Below are positions 1-11,354 of a stretch of 64,000 bases of DNA, one piece after another. The stretch's first letter is position 1. Every line of letters begins with the position of its first letter. Location of the stretch: the NCBI RefSeq assembly GCF_055900595.2, contig NZ_CM148325.1; one strand, written 5' to 3'. The position numbers and the translations under genes were made by a program. The notes beneath the pieces were generated by a model that worked only from the letters and a program-made list of their open reading frames with translations, did no database searches and was not told the DNA's origin.

Positions 1-59
1 AAACCCACTTCAACAGCGGCGGCGAGTTAGACAAGCTGTTAGCGGCGGGGCGTAACTAA
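1..59 (+). CDS. cysP: 3' end of sulfate/thiosulfate-binding protein CysP (partial, runs off left edge)
   Basis: Frame 3 reads ...THFNSGGELDKLLAAGRN then TAA at 57-59, overlapping the cysU ATG (TAATG); position immediately upstream of cysU matches the cysPUWAM operon order. Confidence 0.7.
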   Translation, partial: THFNSGGELDKLLAAGRN

Positions 60-892
60 TGTTTGCAGTTTCTTCCAGACGCGTGCTGCCGGGCTTTACC
101 TTAAGCCTCGGCACCAGTCTGCTGTTTGTGTGCCTGATTTTGCTGCTGCCGCTCTCCGCACTGGTGATGCAACTGGCTCAGATGAGCTGGGCGCAGTACT
201 GGGAGGTGATCACCAACCCGCAGGTGGTCGCGGCCTATAAAGTGACGCTGCTGTCGGCGTTTGTGGCATCGATTTTTAACGGCGTTTTCGGCCTGCTTAT
301 GGCGTGGATTTTAACCCGCTACCGCTTTCCGGGTCGCACGCTGCTCGATGCGTTGATGGATTTACCCTTTGCGCTGCCGACGGCGGTCGCAGGTTTGACG
401 CTGGCCTCGCTCTTTTCCGTGAACGGTTTTTACGGCGAGTGGCTGGCGAAATTTGATATCAAAGTCACCTACACCTGGCTTGGTATTGCGGTGGCGATGG
501 CCTTTACCAGCATTCCGTTTGTGGTGCGAACCGTGCAGCCGGTGCTGGAAGAGTTAGGCCCGGAATATGAAGAAGCGGCAGAAACGCTCGGCGCAACGCG
601 CTGGCAGAGTTTCTGCAAAGTGGTGCTGCCGGAGCTTTCTCCGGCGCTGGTGGCGGGCGTGGCGCTGTCGTTTACCCGTAGTCTCGGTGAGTTTGGTGCG
701 GTGATTTTTATCGCCGGGAACATCGCCTGGAAGACGGAAGTGACGTCGCTGATGATTTTTGTTCGCTTACAGGAGTTTGATTACCCGGCGGCGAGCGCAA
801 TTGCTTCGGTGATCCTCGCGGCATCCCTGCTGCTGCTGTTCTCAATTAACACTCTGCAAAGTCGCTTTGGTCGGCGTGTGGTAGGTCATTAA
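59..892 (+). CDS. cysU: Sulfate/thiosulfate ABC transporter permease CysU (CysT)
   Basis: 277-aa ORF with multi-pass membrane profile and ABC-permease EAA-like loop; recognised sequence and operon context. Confidence 0.95.
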   Translation: MFAVSSRRVLPGFTLSLGTSLLFVCLILLLPLSALVMQLAQMSWAQYWEVITNPQVVAAYKVTLLSAFVASIFNGVFGLLMAWILTRYRFPGRTLLDALMDLPFALPTAVAGLTLASLFSVNGFYGEWLAKFDIKVTYTWLGIAVAMAFTSIPFVVRTVQPVLEELGPEYEEAAETLGATRWQSFCKVVLPELSPALVAGVALSFTRSLGEFGAVIFIAGNIAWKTEVTSLMIFVRLQEFDYPAASAIASVILAASLLLLFSINTLQSRFGRRVVGH

Positions 893-1767
893 TGGCGGAA
901 GTTACCCAATTGAAGCGTTATGACACGCGCCCAATTAACTGGGGCAAATGGTTTCTGATTGGCACCGGAATGCTGGTTTCGGCGTTCATCCTGCTGGTGC
1001 CGATGATTTACATTTTCGTGCAGGCATTCAGCAAAGGGCTGATGCCGGTGTTACAGAATCTGGCCGATCCGGACATGCTGCACGCCATCTGGCTGACGGT
1101 GATGATCGCGCTGATTGCCGTACCGGTAAACCTGGTGTTCGGGATTCTGCTGGCCTGGCTGGTGACGCGCTTTAACTTCCCCGGACGCCAGTTGCTGCTG
1201 ACGCTGCTGGACATTCCGTTTGCCGTGTCGCCGGTGGTTGCCGGTCTGGTCTATCTGCTTTTCTACGGCTCTAACGGCCCGCTCGGCGGCTGGCTGGATG
1301 AACATAATCTGCAAATTATGTTCTCCTGGCCGGGAATGGTGCTGGTCACCATCTTCGTGACCTGTCCGTTTGTGGTGCGCGAGCTGGTGCCGGTGATGTT
1401 AAGCCAGGGCAGCCAGGAAGACGAAGCGGCGATTTTGCTTGGCGCGTCTGGCTGGCAGATGTTCCGCCGCGTCACGCTGCCGAACATCCGCTGGGCTCTG
1501 CTTTATGGCGTGGTGCTGACCAACGCCCGTGCGATTGGCGAGTTTGGCGCGGTGTCGGTGGTTTCCGGCTCGATTCGCGGTGAAACACTTTCGCTGCCGT
1601 TACAGATTGAATTGCTGGAGCAGGACTACAACACCGTCGGCTCCTTTACCGCCGCGGCGCTGTTGACGCTGATGGCGATTATCACCCTGTTTTTAAAGAG
1701 TATGTTGCAGTGGCGCCTGGAGAATCAGGAAAAACGCGCGCAACAGGAGGAACATCATGAGCATTGA
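892..1767 (+). CDS. cysW: Sulfate/thiosulfate ABC transporter permease CysW
   Basis: 291-aa ORF; start overlaps cysU stop (TAATG); paralogous permease profile. Confidence 0.95.
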   Translation: MAEVTQLKRYDTRPINWGKWFLIGTGMLVSAFILLVPMIYIFVQAFSKGLMPVLQNLADPDMLHAIWLTVMIALIAVPVNLVFGILLAWLVTRFNFPGRQLLLTLLDIPFAVSPVVAGLVYLLFYGSNGPLGGWLDEHNLQIMFSWPGMVLVTIFVTCPFVVRELVPVMLSQGSQEDEAAILLGASGWQMFRRVTLPNIRWALLYGVVLTNARAIGEFGAVSVVSGSIRGETLSLPLQIELLEQDYNTVGSFTAAALLTLMAIITLFLKSMLQWRLENQEKRAQQEEHHEH

Positions 1768-2854
1768 GATTGCCAATATTAAGAAGTCGTTTGGTCGCAC
1801 CCAGGTGCTGAACGATATCTCACTGGATATTCCTTCTGGTCAGATGGTCGCATTGCTGGGGCCGTCCGGTTCCGGGAAAACCACGCTGCTGCGGATTATC
1901 GCCGGGCTGGAGCATCAAACCAGCGGGCATATTCGTTTCCACGGCACCGACGTCAGCCGCCTTCACGCGCGCGATCGTAAAGTCGGTTTCGTGTTTCAGC
2001 ATTACGCCCTGTTCCGCCATATGACGGTGTTCGACAATATCGCCTTCGGCCTGACGGTGCTGCCGCGTCGCGAGCGCCCGAATGCCGCAGCCATCAAAGC
2101 GAAAGTGACAAAATTGCTGGAAATGGTGCAGCTTGCGCATCTGGCGGATCGTTATCCGGCCCAGCTTTCCGGCGGCCAGAAACAGCGTGTGGCGCTGGCG
2201 CGGGCGCTGGCTGTCGAACCGCAAATTCTGCTGCTTGATGAACCGTTTGGCGCGCTGGATGCGCAGGTGCGTAAAGAGCTGCGTCGTTGGCTGCGTCAGT
2301 TGCATGAAGAGCTGAAATTCACCAGCGTGTTCGTGACCCACGACCAGGAAGAAGCGATGGAAGTCGCCAACCGCGTGGTGGTCATGAGCCAGGGCAATAT
2401 CGAACAGGCCGATGAACCGGATCAGGTCTGGCGCGAGCCGGCGACCCGTTTTGTGCTGGAGTTTATGGGCGAAGTGAACCGCTTGCAGGGAACGATTCGC
2501 GGTGGGCAGTTCCACGTTGGTGCGCACCGCTGGCCGCTGGGATACACCCCTGCGTATCAGGGGCCGGTGGATCTCTTCCTGCGCCCGTGGGAAGTGGATA
2601 TCAGCCGCCGCACCAGCCTCGATTCGCCGCTGCCGGTGCAGGTGCTGGAAGCCAGCCCGAAAGGTCACTACACCCAATTAGTCGTGCAGCCGCTGGGGTG
2701 GTATGAAGATCCGCTCACCGTGGTAATGCGTGGTGATGATGCGCCGGTGCGCGGCGATCGTTTGTTCGTCGGGCTGCAACATGCGCGGCTGTATAACGGC
2801 GACGAGCGTATTGAAACCCGCGATGAGGAACTTGCTCTCGCACAAAGCGCCTGA
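1757..2854 (+). CDS. cysA: Sulfate/thiosulfate ABC transporter ATP-binding protein CysA
   Basis: 365 aa; Walker [13 protein letters not shown] signature LSGGQKQR, Walker B LLLDEP; 11-nt overlap with cysW. Confidence 0.95.
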   Translation: MSIEIANIKKSFGRTQVLNDISLDIPSGQMVALLGPSGSGKTTLLRIIAGLEHQTSGHIRFHGTDVSRLHARDRKVGFVFQHYALFRHMTVFDNIAFGLTVLPRRERPNAAAIKAKVTKLLEMVQLAHLADRYPAQLSGGQKQRVALARALAVEPQILLLDEPFGALDAQVRKELRRWLRQLHEELKFTSVFVTHDQEEAMEVANRVVVMSQGNIEQADEPDQVWREPATRFVLEFMGEVNRLQGTIRGGQFHVGAHRWPLGYTPAYQGPVDLFLRPWEVDISRRTSLDSPLPVQVLEASPKGHYTQLVVQPLGWYEDPLTVVMRGDDAPVRGDRLFVGLQHARLYNGDERIETRDEELALAQSA

Positions 2855-2875
2855 TAGGTTGAGTGAATGTTAAAC

Positions 2876-2908
2876 GCCCGGAGGCGCTTCCCGCGATCCG
2901 GGCTTTTT
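2876..2908 (+). terminator. Candidate rho-independent terminator downstream of cysA
   Basis: GC stem gcccgga/tccgggc (7 bp) followed by TTTTT, about 20 nt after cysA stop. Confidence 0.4.
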
Positions 2909-2929
2909 AATGGCAAGGTTTTGTAACCT

Positions 2930-2966
2930 GTAGGCCTGATAAGACGCGTAAACGTCGCATCAGGCA
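2930..2966. repeat. REP (repetitive extragenic palindromic) element
   Basis: gtaggcctgataagacgcg...cgtcgcatcaggca, classic REP palindromic unit in cysA-cysM spacer. Confidence 0.6.
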
Positions 2967-2988
2967 ACACCACGTATGGACAGAAATC

Positions 2989-3900
2989 GTGAGTACATTA
3001 GAACAAACAATAGGCAATACGCCTCTGGTGAAATTACAACGAATGGGGCCGGATAACGGCAGTGAAGTGTGGTTAAAGCTGGAAGGCAATAATCCGGCCG
3101 GTTCGGTGAAAGATCGTGCGGCGCTTTCGATGATCGTCGAGGCGGAAAAGCGCGGGGAAATTAAACCGGGTGATGTGTTAATCGAAGCCACCAGTGGTAA
3201 CACCGGGATTGCGCTGGCAATGATCGCTGCGCTAAAAGGCTATCGCATGAAATTGCTGATGCCCGATAACATGAGCCAGGAGCGTCGCGCGGCGATGCGT
3301 GCCTACGGTGCGGAGCTGATTCTGGTCACCAAAGAGCAGGGCATGGAAGGTGCGCGCGATCTGGCGCTGGAGATGGCGAATCGTGGCGAAGGCAAGCTGC
3401 TCGATCAGTTTAATAATCCCGATAATCCTTATGCGCATTACACCACCACCGGGCCGGAAATCTGGCAGCAAACCGGCGGTCGCATTACCCATTTTGTCTC
3501 CAGCATGGGGACGACCGGTACGATTACCGGCGTGTCGCGCTTTATGCGCGAGCAATCCAAACCGGTGGCGATTGTTGGTCTGCAGCCGGAAGAGGGCAGC
3601 AGCATTCCCGGCATTCGTCGCTGGCCTGAGGAATATCTGCCAGGCATCTTCAACGCTTCGCTGGTGGATGAGGTGCTGGATATTCATCAGCGTGATGCGG
3701 AAAACACCATGCGCGAACTGGCAGTGCGGGAAGGGATTTTCTGCGGTGTAAGTTCCGGTGGCGCGGTTGCCGGAGCACTGCGGGTGGCAAAAGCCAACCC
3801 CGGCGCTGTAGTGGTGGCGATCATCTGCGATCGCGGCGATCGCTACCTTTCTACCGGGGTGTTTGGGGAAGAGCACTTTAGTCAGGGGGCGGGGATTTAA
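2989..3900 (+). CDS. cysM: Cysteine synthase B (O-acetylserine sulfhydrylase B), GTG start
   Basis: 303 aa; PLP-dependent cysteine synthase fold with lysine motif ...GSVKDRAA...; operon position after cysA. Confidence 0.95.
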   Translation: MSTLEQTIGNTPLVKLQRMGPDNGSEVWLKLEGNNPAGSVKDRAALSMIVEAEKRGEIKPGDVLIEATSGNTGIALAMIAALKGYRMKLLMPDNMSQERRAAMRAYGAELILVTKEQGMEGARDLALEMANRGEGKLLDQFNNPDNPYAHYTTTGPEIWQQTGGRITHFVSSMGTTGTITGVSRFMREQSKPVAIVGLQPEEGSSIPGIRRWPEEYLPGIFNASLVDEVLDIHQRDAENTMRELAVREGIFCGVSSGGAVAGALRVAKANPGAVVVAIICDRGDRYLSTGVFGEEHFSQGAGI

Positions 3901-3938
3901 GGATTAATAGCATTGGAGGCTGATGACAAACGCAAAAC

Positions 3939-4037
3939 TGCCTGATGCGCTACGCTTATCAGGCCTACAAGGTTCCTGTAATATATTGAATTAGCAATAT
4001 TTTGTAGGCCGAATAAGGCGTTTACGCTGCATCTGGC
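3939..4037. repeat. BIME-like pair of REP elements
   Basis: tgcctgatgcgctacgcttatcaggcctaca (3939-3969) and gtaggccgaataaggcgtttacgctgcatctggca (4003-4037) in inverted orientation. Confidence 0.6.
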
Positions 4038-4104
4038 ATAAACAAAGTGCACTTTGTCAATAATCTGCTTTGTCGGCAGTTGTTGCTGCCGACAAATGCA
4101 GTTT

Positions 4105-4839
4105 TTAATTTTCGTGTGGAAACGTAGTAAGGTCATCAATCATTTTTTGAAGTATTGGTGAGTCCTGACCATCACCCCATTGAAGAATTTTTGCGGTAAG
4201 CTGATGACGGGCTAGTGCATTGAGTCCCATCTTTTTAAGTTTATGGGAGATTTTACCCATGACTTTAATCTGACCGAATGCAGTTGCGTAGGTAATCATA
4301 TTGCTCTGGATAGTGCTCATTTCATCGGCTAGTAATTGCGCACGAATATCCTCTTCAAGAATACTTTCCATAGCGATATATTTCATACCCCAGATAGTTT
4401 CAATTAACATTTGAGGGAAATCAGCACAATCTAGATCCGGCTCTTTACGCAGGCTATTTTCAAGAACGTTTAGAGCATCAGCACCTTCATCGCTGCCAAA
4501 AGGAGATTCTTCATCCCAGCAACACACATAAAGTGGATCAGTAAAATGGCACTGGAAGTTTGGGTGTGACGTTTTAACATGTAACCCAATTTCTTCATCA
4601 TCAAAATAGTAGCGATCCATGTAGTTAAAGTTTGGATCTTCTTGATAGCCTTTCTTCATTTTTGCGGCAATCAATTTACTGGCTTCTTTCAGACACTGTT
4701 CTTCATTATCGAACTCTTTTGTCTGGAATTTACCAATACTACCTACCTTGCCATAGTTGATGGCTAAACTATCCCCTTCGTAATCTATCCACCAAAATTT
4801 ATTCGATTTTTCATCGTTATAAATAAAGCATTTTTTCAT
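4105..4839 (-). CDS. yfeS: WGR-domain protein YfeS (function unknown)
   Basis: 244-aa ORF, N-terminal FWWIDYEGDSLAINYGKVGSIG resembles WGR domain; conserved position between cysM and yfeK. Confidence 0.85.
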   Translation of the reverse strand: MKKCFIYNDEKSNKFWWIDYEGDSLAINYGKVGSIGKFQTKEFDNEEQCLKEASKLIAAKMKKGYQEDPNFNYMDRYYFDDEEIGLHVKTSHPNFQCHFTDPLYVCCWDEESPFGSDEGADALNVLENSLRKEPDLDCADFPQMLIETIWGMKYIAMESILEEDIRAQLLADEMSTIQSNMITYATAFGQIKVMGKISHKLKKMGLNALARHQLTAKILQWGDGQDSPILQKMIDDLTTFPHEN

Positions 4840-4871
4840 GTTACCTCCTGTAAATGCCTTGCCAAAGCGGA

Positions 4872-5246
4872 TTAATTCCCTTCCGCAGGCACCGTTTTAT
4901 CCGTCTGCGCAATTAACGCATGTAAAAAAGGTTGCGCGTTTTCATCGCTCTTACCGGGCATCTTCACGATATACGGCTTCCCGGTAATCGATGATGACGA
5001 AGCAACCTTATCAATAAATTGCTCAGCAGTATCAATGCGATTACGGGTATTGCCCAGCTTCAGACGCAAATGGGAAACCGCTTCATCGCAGGTATGTTCA
5101 TCGCCGTTGCGCACAAATATCAAATCCTTTTTCTGTGCTAATCCCTCCAGCATGGCGTTGATGCGGGCTTCTTCGTGGGCGGTTAACTTCGCGTAAGCGG
5201 GGAGTGTCATTAGCAGCGTAATGACCAGACAAATGATTTTCTTCAT
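4872..5246 (-). CDS. yfeK: Secreted small protein YfeK (signal peptide, function unknown)
   Basis: 124 aa with N-terminal signal peptide [19 protein letters not shown]; conserved position. Confidence 0.8.
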   Translation of the reverse strand: MKKIICLVITLLMTLPAYAKLTAHEEARINAMLEGLAQKKDLIFVRNGDEHTCDEAVSHLRLKLGNTRNRIDTAEQFIDKVASSSSITGKPYIVKMPGKSDENAQPFLHALIAQTDKTVPAEGN

Positions 5247-5271
5247 TGAATTACCTTATCCTTGTTTTGTG

Positions 5272-5337
<66 letters not shown>

Positions 5338-5350
5338 GAGAAAAAATTAA

Positions 5351-6202
5351 ATGAGTAGTTTGTTGTTGTTTAACGATAAGAGCAGGGCATTGCAGGCGGA
5401 TATCGTCGCCGTGCAGTCGCAGGTAGTGTACGGCAGCGTAGGCAACAGCATTGCCGTGCCTGCTATCAAACAGAACGGCCTGAATGTCTTTGCCGTGCCG
5501 ACGGTATTGCTGAGCAATACGCCGCATTATGACACTTTCTACGGTGGTGCGATTCCGGACGAATGGTTTAGCGGTTATTTGCGTGCGCTTCAGGAGCGTG
5601 ATGCGCTGCGCCAGCTGCGCGCTGTCACCACGGGCTATATGGGAACGGCATCGCAAATCAAAATCCTTGCCGAGTGGCTGACTGCGCTACGCAAAGACCA
5701 TCCTGACTTATTGATTATGGTCGATCCGGTGATTGGCGATATTGATAGCGGAATTTATGTCAAACCTGACCTTCCTGAGGCATACCGACAATATTTACTG
5801 CCTCTGGCGCAGGGTATTACGCCTAATATCTTTGAGCTGGAAATCCTGACCGGTAAAGATTGCCGCGATCTCGACAGTGCCATTGCCGCAGCAAAAAGTC
5901 TGCTTTCAGACACCTTAAAATGGGTGGTCATTACCAGCGCCTCCGGTAACGAAGAAAATCAGGAGATGCAGGTGGTGGTGGTCAGTGCCGACAGCGTGAA
6001 TGTCATTTCCCATTCTCGGGTAAAGACGGATCTTAAAGGAACAGGCGATCTGTTTTGCGCCCAGCTTATCAGTGGCTTGTTGAAAGGTAAGGAATTAACT
6101 GACGCGGTACATAGCGCGGGATTACGCGTGCTGCAGGTGATGCGCTATACCCAGCAGCATGGTAGTGATGAATTGATTTTGCCGCCCCTGACGGAAGCAT
6201 AA
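5351..6202 (+). CDS. pdxK: Pyridoxal/pyridoxine/pyridoxamine kinase PdxK
   Basis: 283 aa, ribokinase-like PL kinase family sequence; position adjacent to crr. Confidence 0.93.
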   Translation: MSSLLLFNDKSRALQADIVAVQSQVVYGSVGNSIAVPAIKQNGLNVFAVPTVLLSNTPHYDTFYGGAIPDEWFSGYLRALQERDALRQLRAVTTGYMGTASQIKILAEWLTALRKDHPDLLIMVDPVIGDIDSGIYVKPDLPEAYRQYLLPLAQGITPNIFELEILTGKDCRDLDSAIAAAKSLLSDTLKWVVITSASGNEENQEMQVVVVSADSVNVISHSRVKTDLKGTGDLFCAQLISGLLKGKELTDAVHSAGLRVLQVMRYTQQHGSDELILPPLTEA

Positions 6203-6230
6203 AAAAATGGCGCCCATCGGCGCCATTTTT
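6203..6230. terminator. Bidirectional rho-independent terminator between convergent pdxK and crr
   Basis: 8-bp perfect stem atggcgcc/ggcgccat flanked by A-run and T-run. Confidence 0.5.
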
Positions 6231-6244
6231 CACTGCGGCAAGAA

Positions 6245-6754
6245 TTATTTCTTGATGCGAATAACCGGAGTTTCACCCACAGTCACGCTACCGGACAGTT
6301 TGATCAGTTCTTTGATTTCGTCCATGTTGGAGATAACAACCGGAGTCAGGGTAGACTTGGCTTTCTCTTCCAGCAGCGGCAGATCGAATTCAATCACAGT
6401 ATCGCCAACTTTCACGCGCTGACCTTCTTCAGCAATACGCTTGAAGCCTTCGCCTTTCAGTTCAACAGTGTCGATACCGAAGTGAACGAACAACTCAACG
6501 CCGCTATCAGATTCGATAGAGAACGCGTGGTTGGTTTCAAAGATTTTACCAATGGTGCCGTCTACAGGCGCGACCATTTTGTTACCAGTTGGTTTGATAG
6601 CAATACCATCACCAACGATTTTTTCCGCAAAAACGACATCCGGCACGTCTTCGATATTGACGATCTCGCCAGAGAGCGGAGCAATGATCTCAATAGTTCC
6701 GGTATCCTTCTTGTCGTCGGAAACCAGAGATTTCAGTTTATCGAACAAACCCAT
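6245..6754 (-). CDS. crr: PTS glucose-specific EIIA component (Crr, EIIA-Glc)
   Basis: 169 aa, exact recognisable EIIA-Glc sequence ([11 protein letters not shown]...); downstream of ptsI. Confidence 0.97.
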
Positions 6755-6794
6755 GATCTTCTCCTAAGCAGTAAATTGGGCCGCATCTCGTGGA

Positions 6795-8522
6795 TTAGCA
6801 GATTGTTTTTTCTTCAATGAACTTGTTAACCAGCGTCATTAACTCGTCCGTTGTCGGTTGAGCAAGAGCCTGCTCTGCTAACACCTTCGCATCTTCGAAG
6901 TTCGTGTTACGGATAATCTTCTTAATGCGCGGGATAGAAATGGCGCTCATAGAGAATTCGTCCAGACCCATCCCCAGCAACAGAAGTGTAGCACGTTCAT
7001 CGCCAGCAAGCTCACCACACATGCCAGTCCATTTGCCTTCAGCATGAGAAGCATCAATAACTTGCTTGATCAAGTTCAGCACGGACGGTGACATTGGCTG
7101 GTAAAGGTGTGAAATCATATCATTACCACGGTCAACTGCCAGAGTGTACTGCGTTAAATCATTGGTGCCGATACTAAAGAAATCAACTTCTTTGGCTAAA
7201 TGACGTGCAATTGTTGCGGCCGCTGGTGTTTCCACCATTACGCCGATTTCAATTGACTCGTCAAACGCTTTACCTTCGTCGCGCAGTTCCTGTTTGTAGA
7301 TTTCGATCTCTTTGCGCAGTGCACGCACTTCTTCAACAGAGATGATCATCGGGAACATGATGCGCAATTTACCGAAAGCAGAGGCACGCAGGATAGCGCG
7401 GAGCTGATCGCGCAGGATCTCTTTACGATCCATCGCGATACGGATAGCGCGCCAGCCGAGGAACGGGTTCTCTTCTTTCGGGAAGTTCATGTATGGCAGC
7501 TCTTTGTCGCCGCCGATGTCCATGGTACGAACGATAACCGCTTGTGAGCCACACGCTTCAGCTACTGCTTTGTAAGCAGCAAACTGTTCTTCTTCAGTGG
7601 GCAGCGCGTCGCGGTCCATGAACAGGAACTCAGTACGATACAGACCAACGCCTTCAGCGCCGTTACGCTCTGCACCTTCAACGTCACGAACCGTACCGAT
7701 GTTAGCGCACACTTCTACCTGGTGACCGTCCAGCGTAATAGCTGGCAGATCTTTCAGTTTAGCAAGCTCTGCTTTTTCAGAAGCCACTTGCTCCTGAACA
7801 GCGCGCATTTTATCAATAACTTCGTTGGTTGGATTGACGTAAACCTGATTATTTACGGCATCCAGAATCAGATAGTCGTCATTTTTCACCTGAGAGGTGA
7901 CGCTACCGGTACCCACGATAGCAGGCAGTTCCAGAGAACGCGCCATGATAGAGGTGTGGGAAGTACGGCCACCCGCGTCGGTGATGAAACCCAGCACCTT
8001 CTTCAGGTTCAGCTGTGCGGTTTCGGACGGCGTCAGATCAGCGGCAACCAGAATGACTTCATCCTGAATGGCGCTCAGGTCGATAATCTTCAGGCCCAGG
8101 ATGTTGCGCAGCAGGCGCTTACCGATATCACGTACGTCAGCCGCACGCTCTTTCAGGTATTCATCATCCAGCTCTTCCAGGGCAGAAGCCTGACCTTCGA
8201 TAACTTCATGAGCAGCTGCGTCAGCTGTCATGTGCTTATCTTTAATCAGGGCTATGATTTCCTGCTCCAGCTCCTCATCTTCGAGTAGCATAATATGCCC
8301 TTCAAAGATGGCTTCTTTTTCTTCACCGAACGTTTCACCAGCTTTCGTTTTGATCGTTTCCAGCTGGGCTGATGCCTTGGCACGACCGCTCAGAAAACGT
8401 TCAACTTCCTGATCAACCTGGTCGGCAGAAATTTTTTTCCGGTCAATGACAATTTCGTCTTCTTTCAGAAGCAGAGCTTTACCGAAAGCGATACCCGGGG
8501 ATGCTAAAATGCCTGAAATCAT
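6795..8522 (-). CDS. ptsI: PTS Enzyme I (phosphoenolpyruvate-protein phosphotransferase)
   Basis: 575 aa, recognisable EI sequence; ptsH-ptsI-crr operon. Confidence 0.97.
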   Translation of the reverse strand: MISGILASPGIAFGKALLLKEDEIVIDRKKISADQVDQEVERFLSGRAKASAQLETIKTKAGETFGEEKEAIFEGHIMLLEDEELEQEIIALIKDKHMTADAAAHEVIEGQASALEELDDEYLKERAADVRDIGKRLLRNILGLKIIDLSAIQDEVILVAADLTPSETAQLNLKKVLGFITDAGGRTSHTSIMARSLELPAIVGTGSVTSQVKNDDYLILDAVNNQVYVNPTNEVIDKMRAVQEQVASEKAELAKLKDLPAITLDGHQVEVCANIGTVRDVEGAERNGAEGVGLYRTEFLFMDRDALPTEEEQFAAYKAVAEACGSQAVIVRTMDIGGDKELPYMNFPKEENPFLGWRAIRIAMDRKEILRDQLRAILRASAFGKLRIMFPMIISVEEVRALRKEIEIYKQELRDEGKAFDESIEIGVMVETPAAATIARHLAKEVDFFSIGTNDLTQYTLAVDRGNDMISHLYQPMSPSVLNLIKQVIDASHAEGKWTGMCGELAGDERATLLLLGMGLDEFSMSAISIPRIKKIIRNTNFEDAKVLAEQALAQPTTDELMTLVNKFIEEKTIC

Positions 8523-8566
8523 AACCCTACCTTACTTGTGACTGATTTTTAAAAGAACCCGGGAAA

Positions 8567-8824
8567 TTACTCGAGTTCCGCCATCAGTTTAACCAGATGT
8601 TCAACCGCTTTCTGTTCGTCTTCGCCTTCTGCGGAGATAGTCACAACGGTACCTTGAGTCAGGCCCAGAGTCTGCAGTTTAAACAGGCTTTTCGCGCTGG
8701 CGCTTTTGCCGTTGGAAGTCACAGTAATTTCAGAAGTGAAGCCCTTAGCTTCTTTTACAAACTGGGCAGCAGGGCGGGTGTGCAGACCGTTCGGAGCGGT
8801 AATGGTAACTTCTTGCTGGAACAT
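8567..8824 (-). CDS. ptsH: Phosphocarrier protein HPr
   Basis: 85 aa [23 protein letters not shown]... with active-site His15. Confidence 0.97.
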
Positions 8825-9156
8825 TGTATTTCCCCAACTTATAGGTTTAGTGTTGTGGAACTAAAGTCTAGCCTGGCGGTTCGACTTTAGCCTGTATTGT
8901 TAGCGCCAGTTTTTAACAGACGCGACGCACGAAGAGCGCAATACAGTCCTTTGCTGGCGGGTGTTGACCGCTGACGTTTCGTACGTCATTAAACATTATG
9001 CCGCTAAAGGAAGAATTGAACCAAATCATAAAATCGATTCAGCTATGGCTTTTCCTGTAACGATTAATTTCGCGCATCAAAATAATTAGTCTGGTTAAAT
9101 ACCAGTTCCGACAGGCTGAATCAATGCCAGGAGGGGCGAAAGTTTGAAGCAGGCCA

Positions 9157-9185
9157 CAAAAAAGCACCTGAAAAGGTGCTTTTTT
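9157..9185 (-). terminator. Candidate rho-independent terminator of cysK
   Basis: Stem gcacc/ggtgc flanked by A6/T6 immediately 3' of cysK stop on the minus strand. Confidence 0.5.
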
Positions 9186-9207
9186 ACGCATTTTTAACAA
9201 GCTGGCA

Positions 9208-10179
9208 TTACTGTTGCAATTCTTTCTCAGTGAAGAGATCGGCAAACAATGCGGTGCTTAAATAACGCTCACCCGATGACGGTAGAATAACCACAATATT
9301 CTTGTTGGTAAAGCTTTCATCTTCTTGTAGTTTCAACGCTGCAGCAACAGCCGCTCCAGAAGAGATACCTGCAAGAATACCTTCCTCTTCCATCAGACGA
9401 CGCGCGGTAGAAATAGCTTCTTCATTGGTGATGCCAATGACTTTATCGACCAGCTTGAGATCAAGATTAGCCGGGATAAAACCAGCGCCAATCCCCTGAA
9501 TTTTATGCGGGCCAGGTTTAATCTCTTCACCTGCCAGCGCCTGGGCGATAACCGGAGAATCGGTTGGCTCCACGGCGACAGAGATGAGATCAGTCTTGCC
9601 TTTAGTGCCTTTAATGTAGCGGCTGACGCCGGTCAGCGTACCGCCAGTCCCAACACCAGCAATAAATACATCAACCTGACCGTCGGTATCTTCCCAGATC
9701 TCCGGACCGGTGGTTTTTTCGTGAATTTCAGGGTTTGCCGGATTGCTGAATTGTTGCAGCAGTAGGTATTTCTCTGGATTGCTGGCGACAATTTCTTCTG
9801 CTTTTTGGATTGCGCCTTTCATGCCTTTAGCACCTTCGGTCAGCACCAGGTTTGCACCTAACGCTTTCAGCAGCTTGCGGCGTTCAATACTCATGGTTTC
9901 TGGCATGGTCAGGGTGAGTTTGTAACCGCGAGCGGCAGCCACATAGGCCAGTGCAATCCCGGTATTACCGCTGGTTGGTTCAACCAGTTCAACGCCTGGT
10001 TTCAGCACGCCGCGCTTTTCGGCATCCCAAATCATATTGGCACCGATACGGCACTTAACGCTGAAGCTGGGGTTACGAGATTCCACCTTCGCCAGAATGC
10101 GTCCGTTACCGATGCGATTCAGGCGAACCAGCGGTGTGTGACCGATAGTCAGCGAGTTATCTTCAAAAATCTTACTCAT
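9208..10179 (-). CDS. cysK: Cysteine synthase A (O-acetylserine sulfhydrylase A)
   Basis: 323 aa, PLP-lysine motif SVKCRIG; recognised sequence. Confidence 0.97.
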   Translation of the reverse strand: MSKIFEDNSLTIGHTPLVRLNRIGNGRILAKVESRNPSFSVKCRIGANMIWDAEKRGVLKPGVELVEPTSGNTGIALAYVAAARGYKLTLTMPETMSIERRKLLKALGANLVLTEGAKGMKGAIQKAEEIVASNPEKYLLLQQFSNPANPEIHEKTTGPEIWEDTDGQVDVFIAGVGTGGTLTGVSRYIKGTKGKTDLISVAVEPTDSPVIAQALAGEEIKPGPHKIQGIGAGFIPANLDLKLVDKVIGITNEEAISTARRLMEEEGILAGISSGAAVAAALKLQEDESFTNKNIVVILPSSGERYLSTALFADLFTEKELQQ

Positions 10180-10363
10180 GGCCTGTCCTTAACTGTATGA
10201 AATTGGGATACAACAGGTAGCATACCCGCTCAGAGAATATGCGGAAGTAAGGATTTAGCATATCTATATACAGAAGGGAAATAATGACATGCAAGATGGA
10301 ATAAGGGGTGGCATAAGCCACCCCTGTTTCACACAAACGGTTTACAAAATAACCGGTAGATTG

Positions 10364-11125
10364 TTACCGCCACATCGCGTGTTTATCGCGATAGCAATCG
10401 ACCCACATCGCCGTCGCGCCACAAACGGCAACGGGCATAATGAACAGATTAAGCAGCGGGATCATCGTAAACAGGCTGGTTAAAGCACCAAACTGCATAT
10501 TGGTGATTTTGCGTGTGCGCAGGGCGGTGCGCATCTCTTTAAACGGCACTTTGTGGTTATCGAAGGGGTAATCGCAATACTGGATGGCTAACATCCAGGC
10601 GCTAAACAGGAACCACAGTACCGGTGCGACGGTTTGCCCAATGCCAGGGATGAAGTAAAGAATTAGCAATACAATTGCGCGCGGCAGATACCAGGCAAAT
10701 TTTTGCCATTCGCGTTTCATGATTCGCGGCACATCTTTCATGATACCGAAAATTCCGGTATCTGGCGGTGTAGCGCCAGTCAGTCTTGCTTCCAGTTGTT
10801 CAGCCAATAAACCGTTGAACGGAGCAGCAATCCAGTTAGCAATCGTTGAGAAGAAATAGCCAAACACTAACAGCACAGAGATGACAGCCAGGGGCCACAA
10901 CAGATAGCTCAGCCATTGTAACCAGTCCGGAACATAACTCATGAGAGTCGGGATCCAGACATCGAGTTGCGTAAAGAGCCACCAGAATGCGCCCCCCATC
11001 AACAAAATATTGACCAACAGCGGTAAAATAACAAAACGCCGAATCCCAGGTTGCGAGACGAGCTTCCAGCCTTGCGCAAAATAGTAAAAACCGCTGCGTG
11101 GGGCAGATGTGAATGATGAAACCAT
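10364..11125 (-). CDS. cysZ: Sulfate transporter CysZ
   Basis: 253-aa multi-pass membrane protein; conserved position between cysK and zipA. Confidence 0.93.
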
Positions 11126-11354
11126 AATCAGGATGAGCTCCTTTTGACCAATCCCAGGAAAATTCTGCGTATTTTACCGGGTAATTGCGCAATGGACAGT
11201 TAGGATATGTTCGAAAAAACAGCAAAAAGCACGATTTCATCTATCTTTGTGCTGTGAAAGTTAATAGTGCACTTGCACTTGAGGTAATCGGCAAATACTC
11301 TTAGTGAGTAAATGTTTGCCGTGGTGGCAAGGTGTTAGAACAACAGAGAATATA

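Noticed and set aside
1820-2677. 285-aa minus-strand ORF
   Set aside because: Antisense to cysA (Walker A/B and ABC signature on the plus strand); Arg-rich low-complexity translation typical of GC-rich antisense frames.
3232-3876. 214-aa minus-strand ORF and nested plus-strand ORFs (3350-3751)
   Set aside because: Overlap cysM, which is confidently identified; no independent evidence.
11304-11354. N-terminal extensions reported by the track for zipA, and likewise xapR (20109), yfeA (24709), nupC (28342), fryB (33053), ypdB (40980), lpxP (45766), yfdE (52126), ypeB (14348) and cscR (62525)
   Set aside because: The longest-ORF rule over-extends them; starts were trimmed to the position matching the recognised protein N-terminus, usually with a better Shine-Dalgarno.
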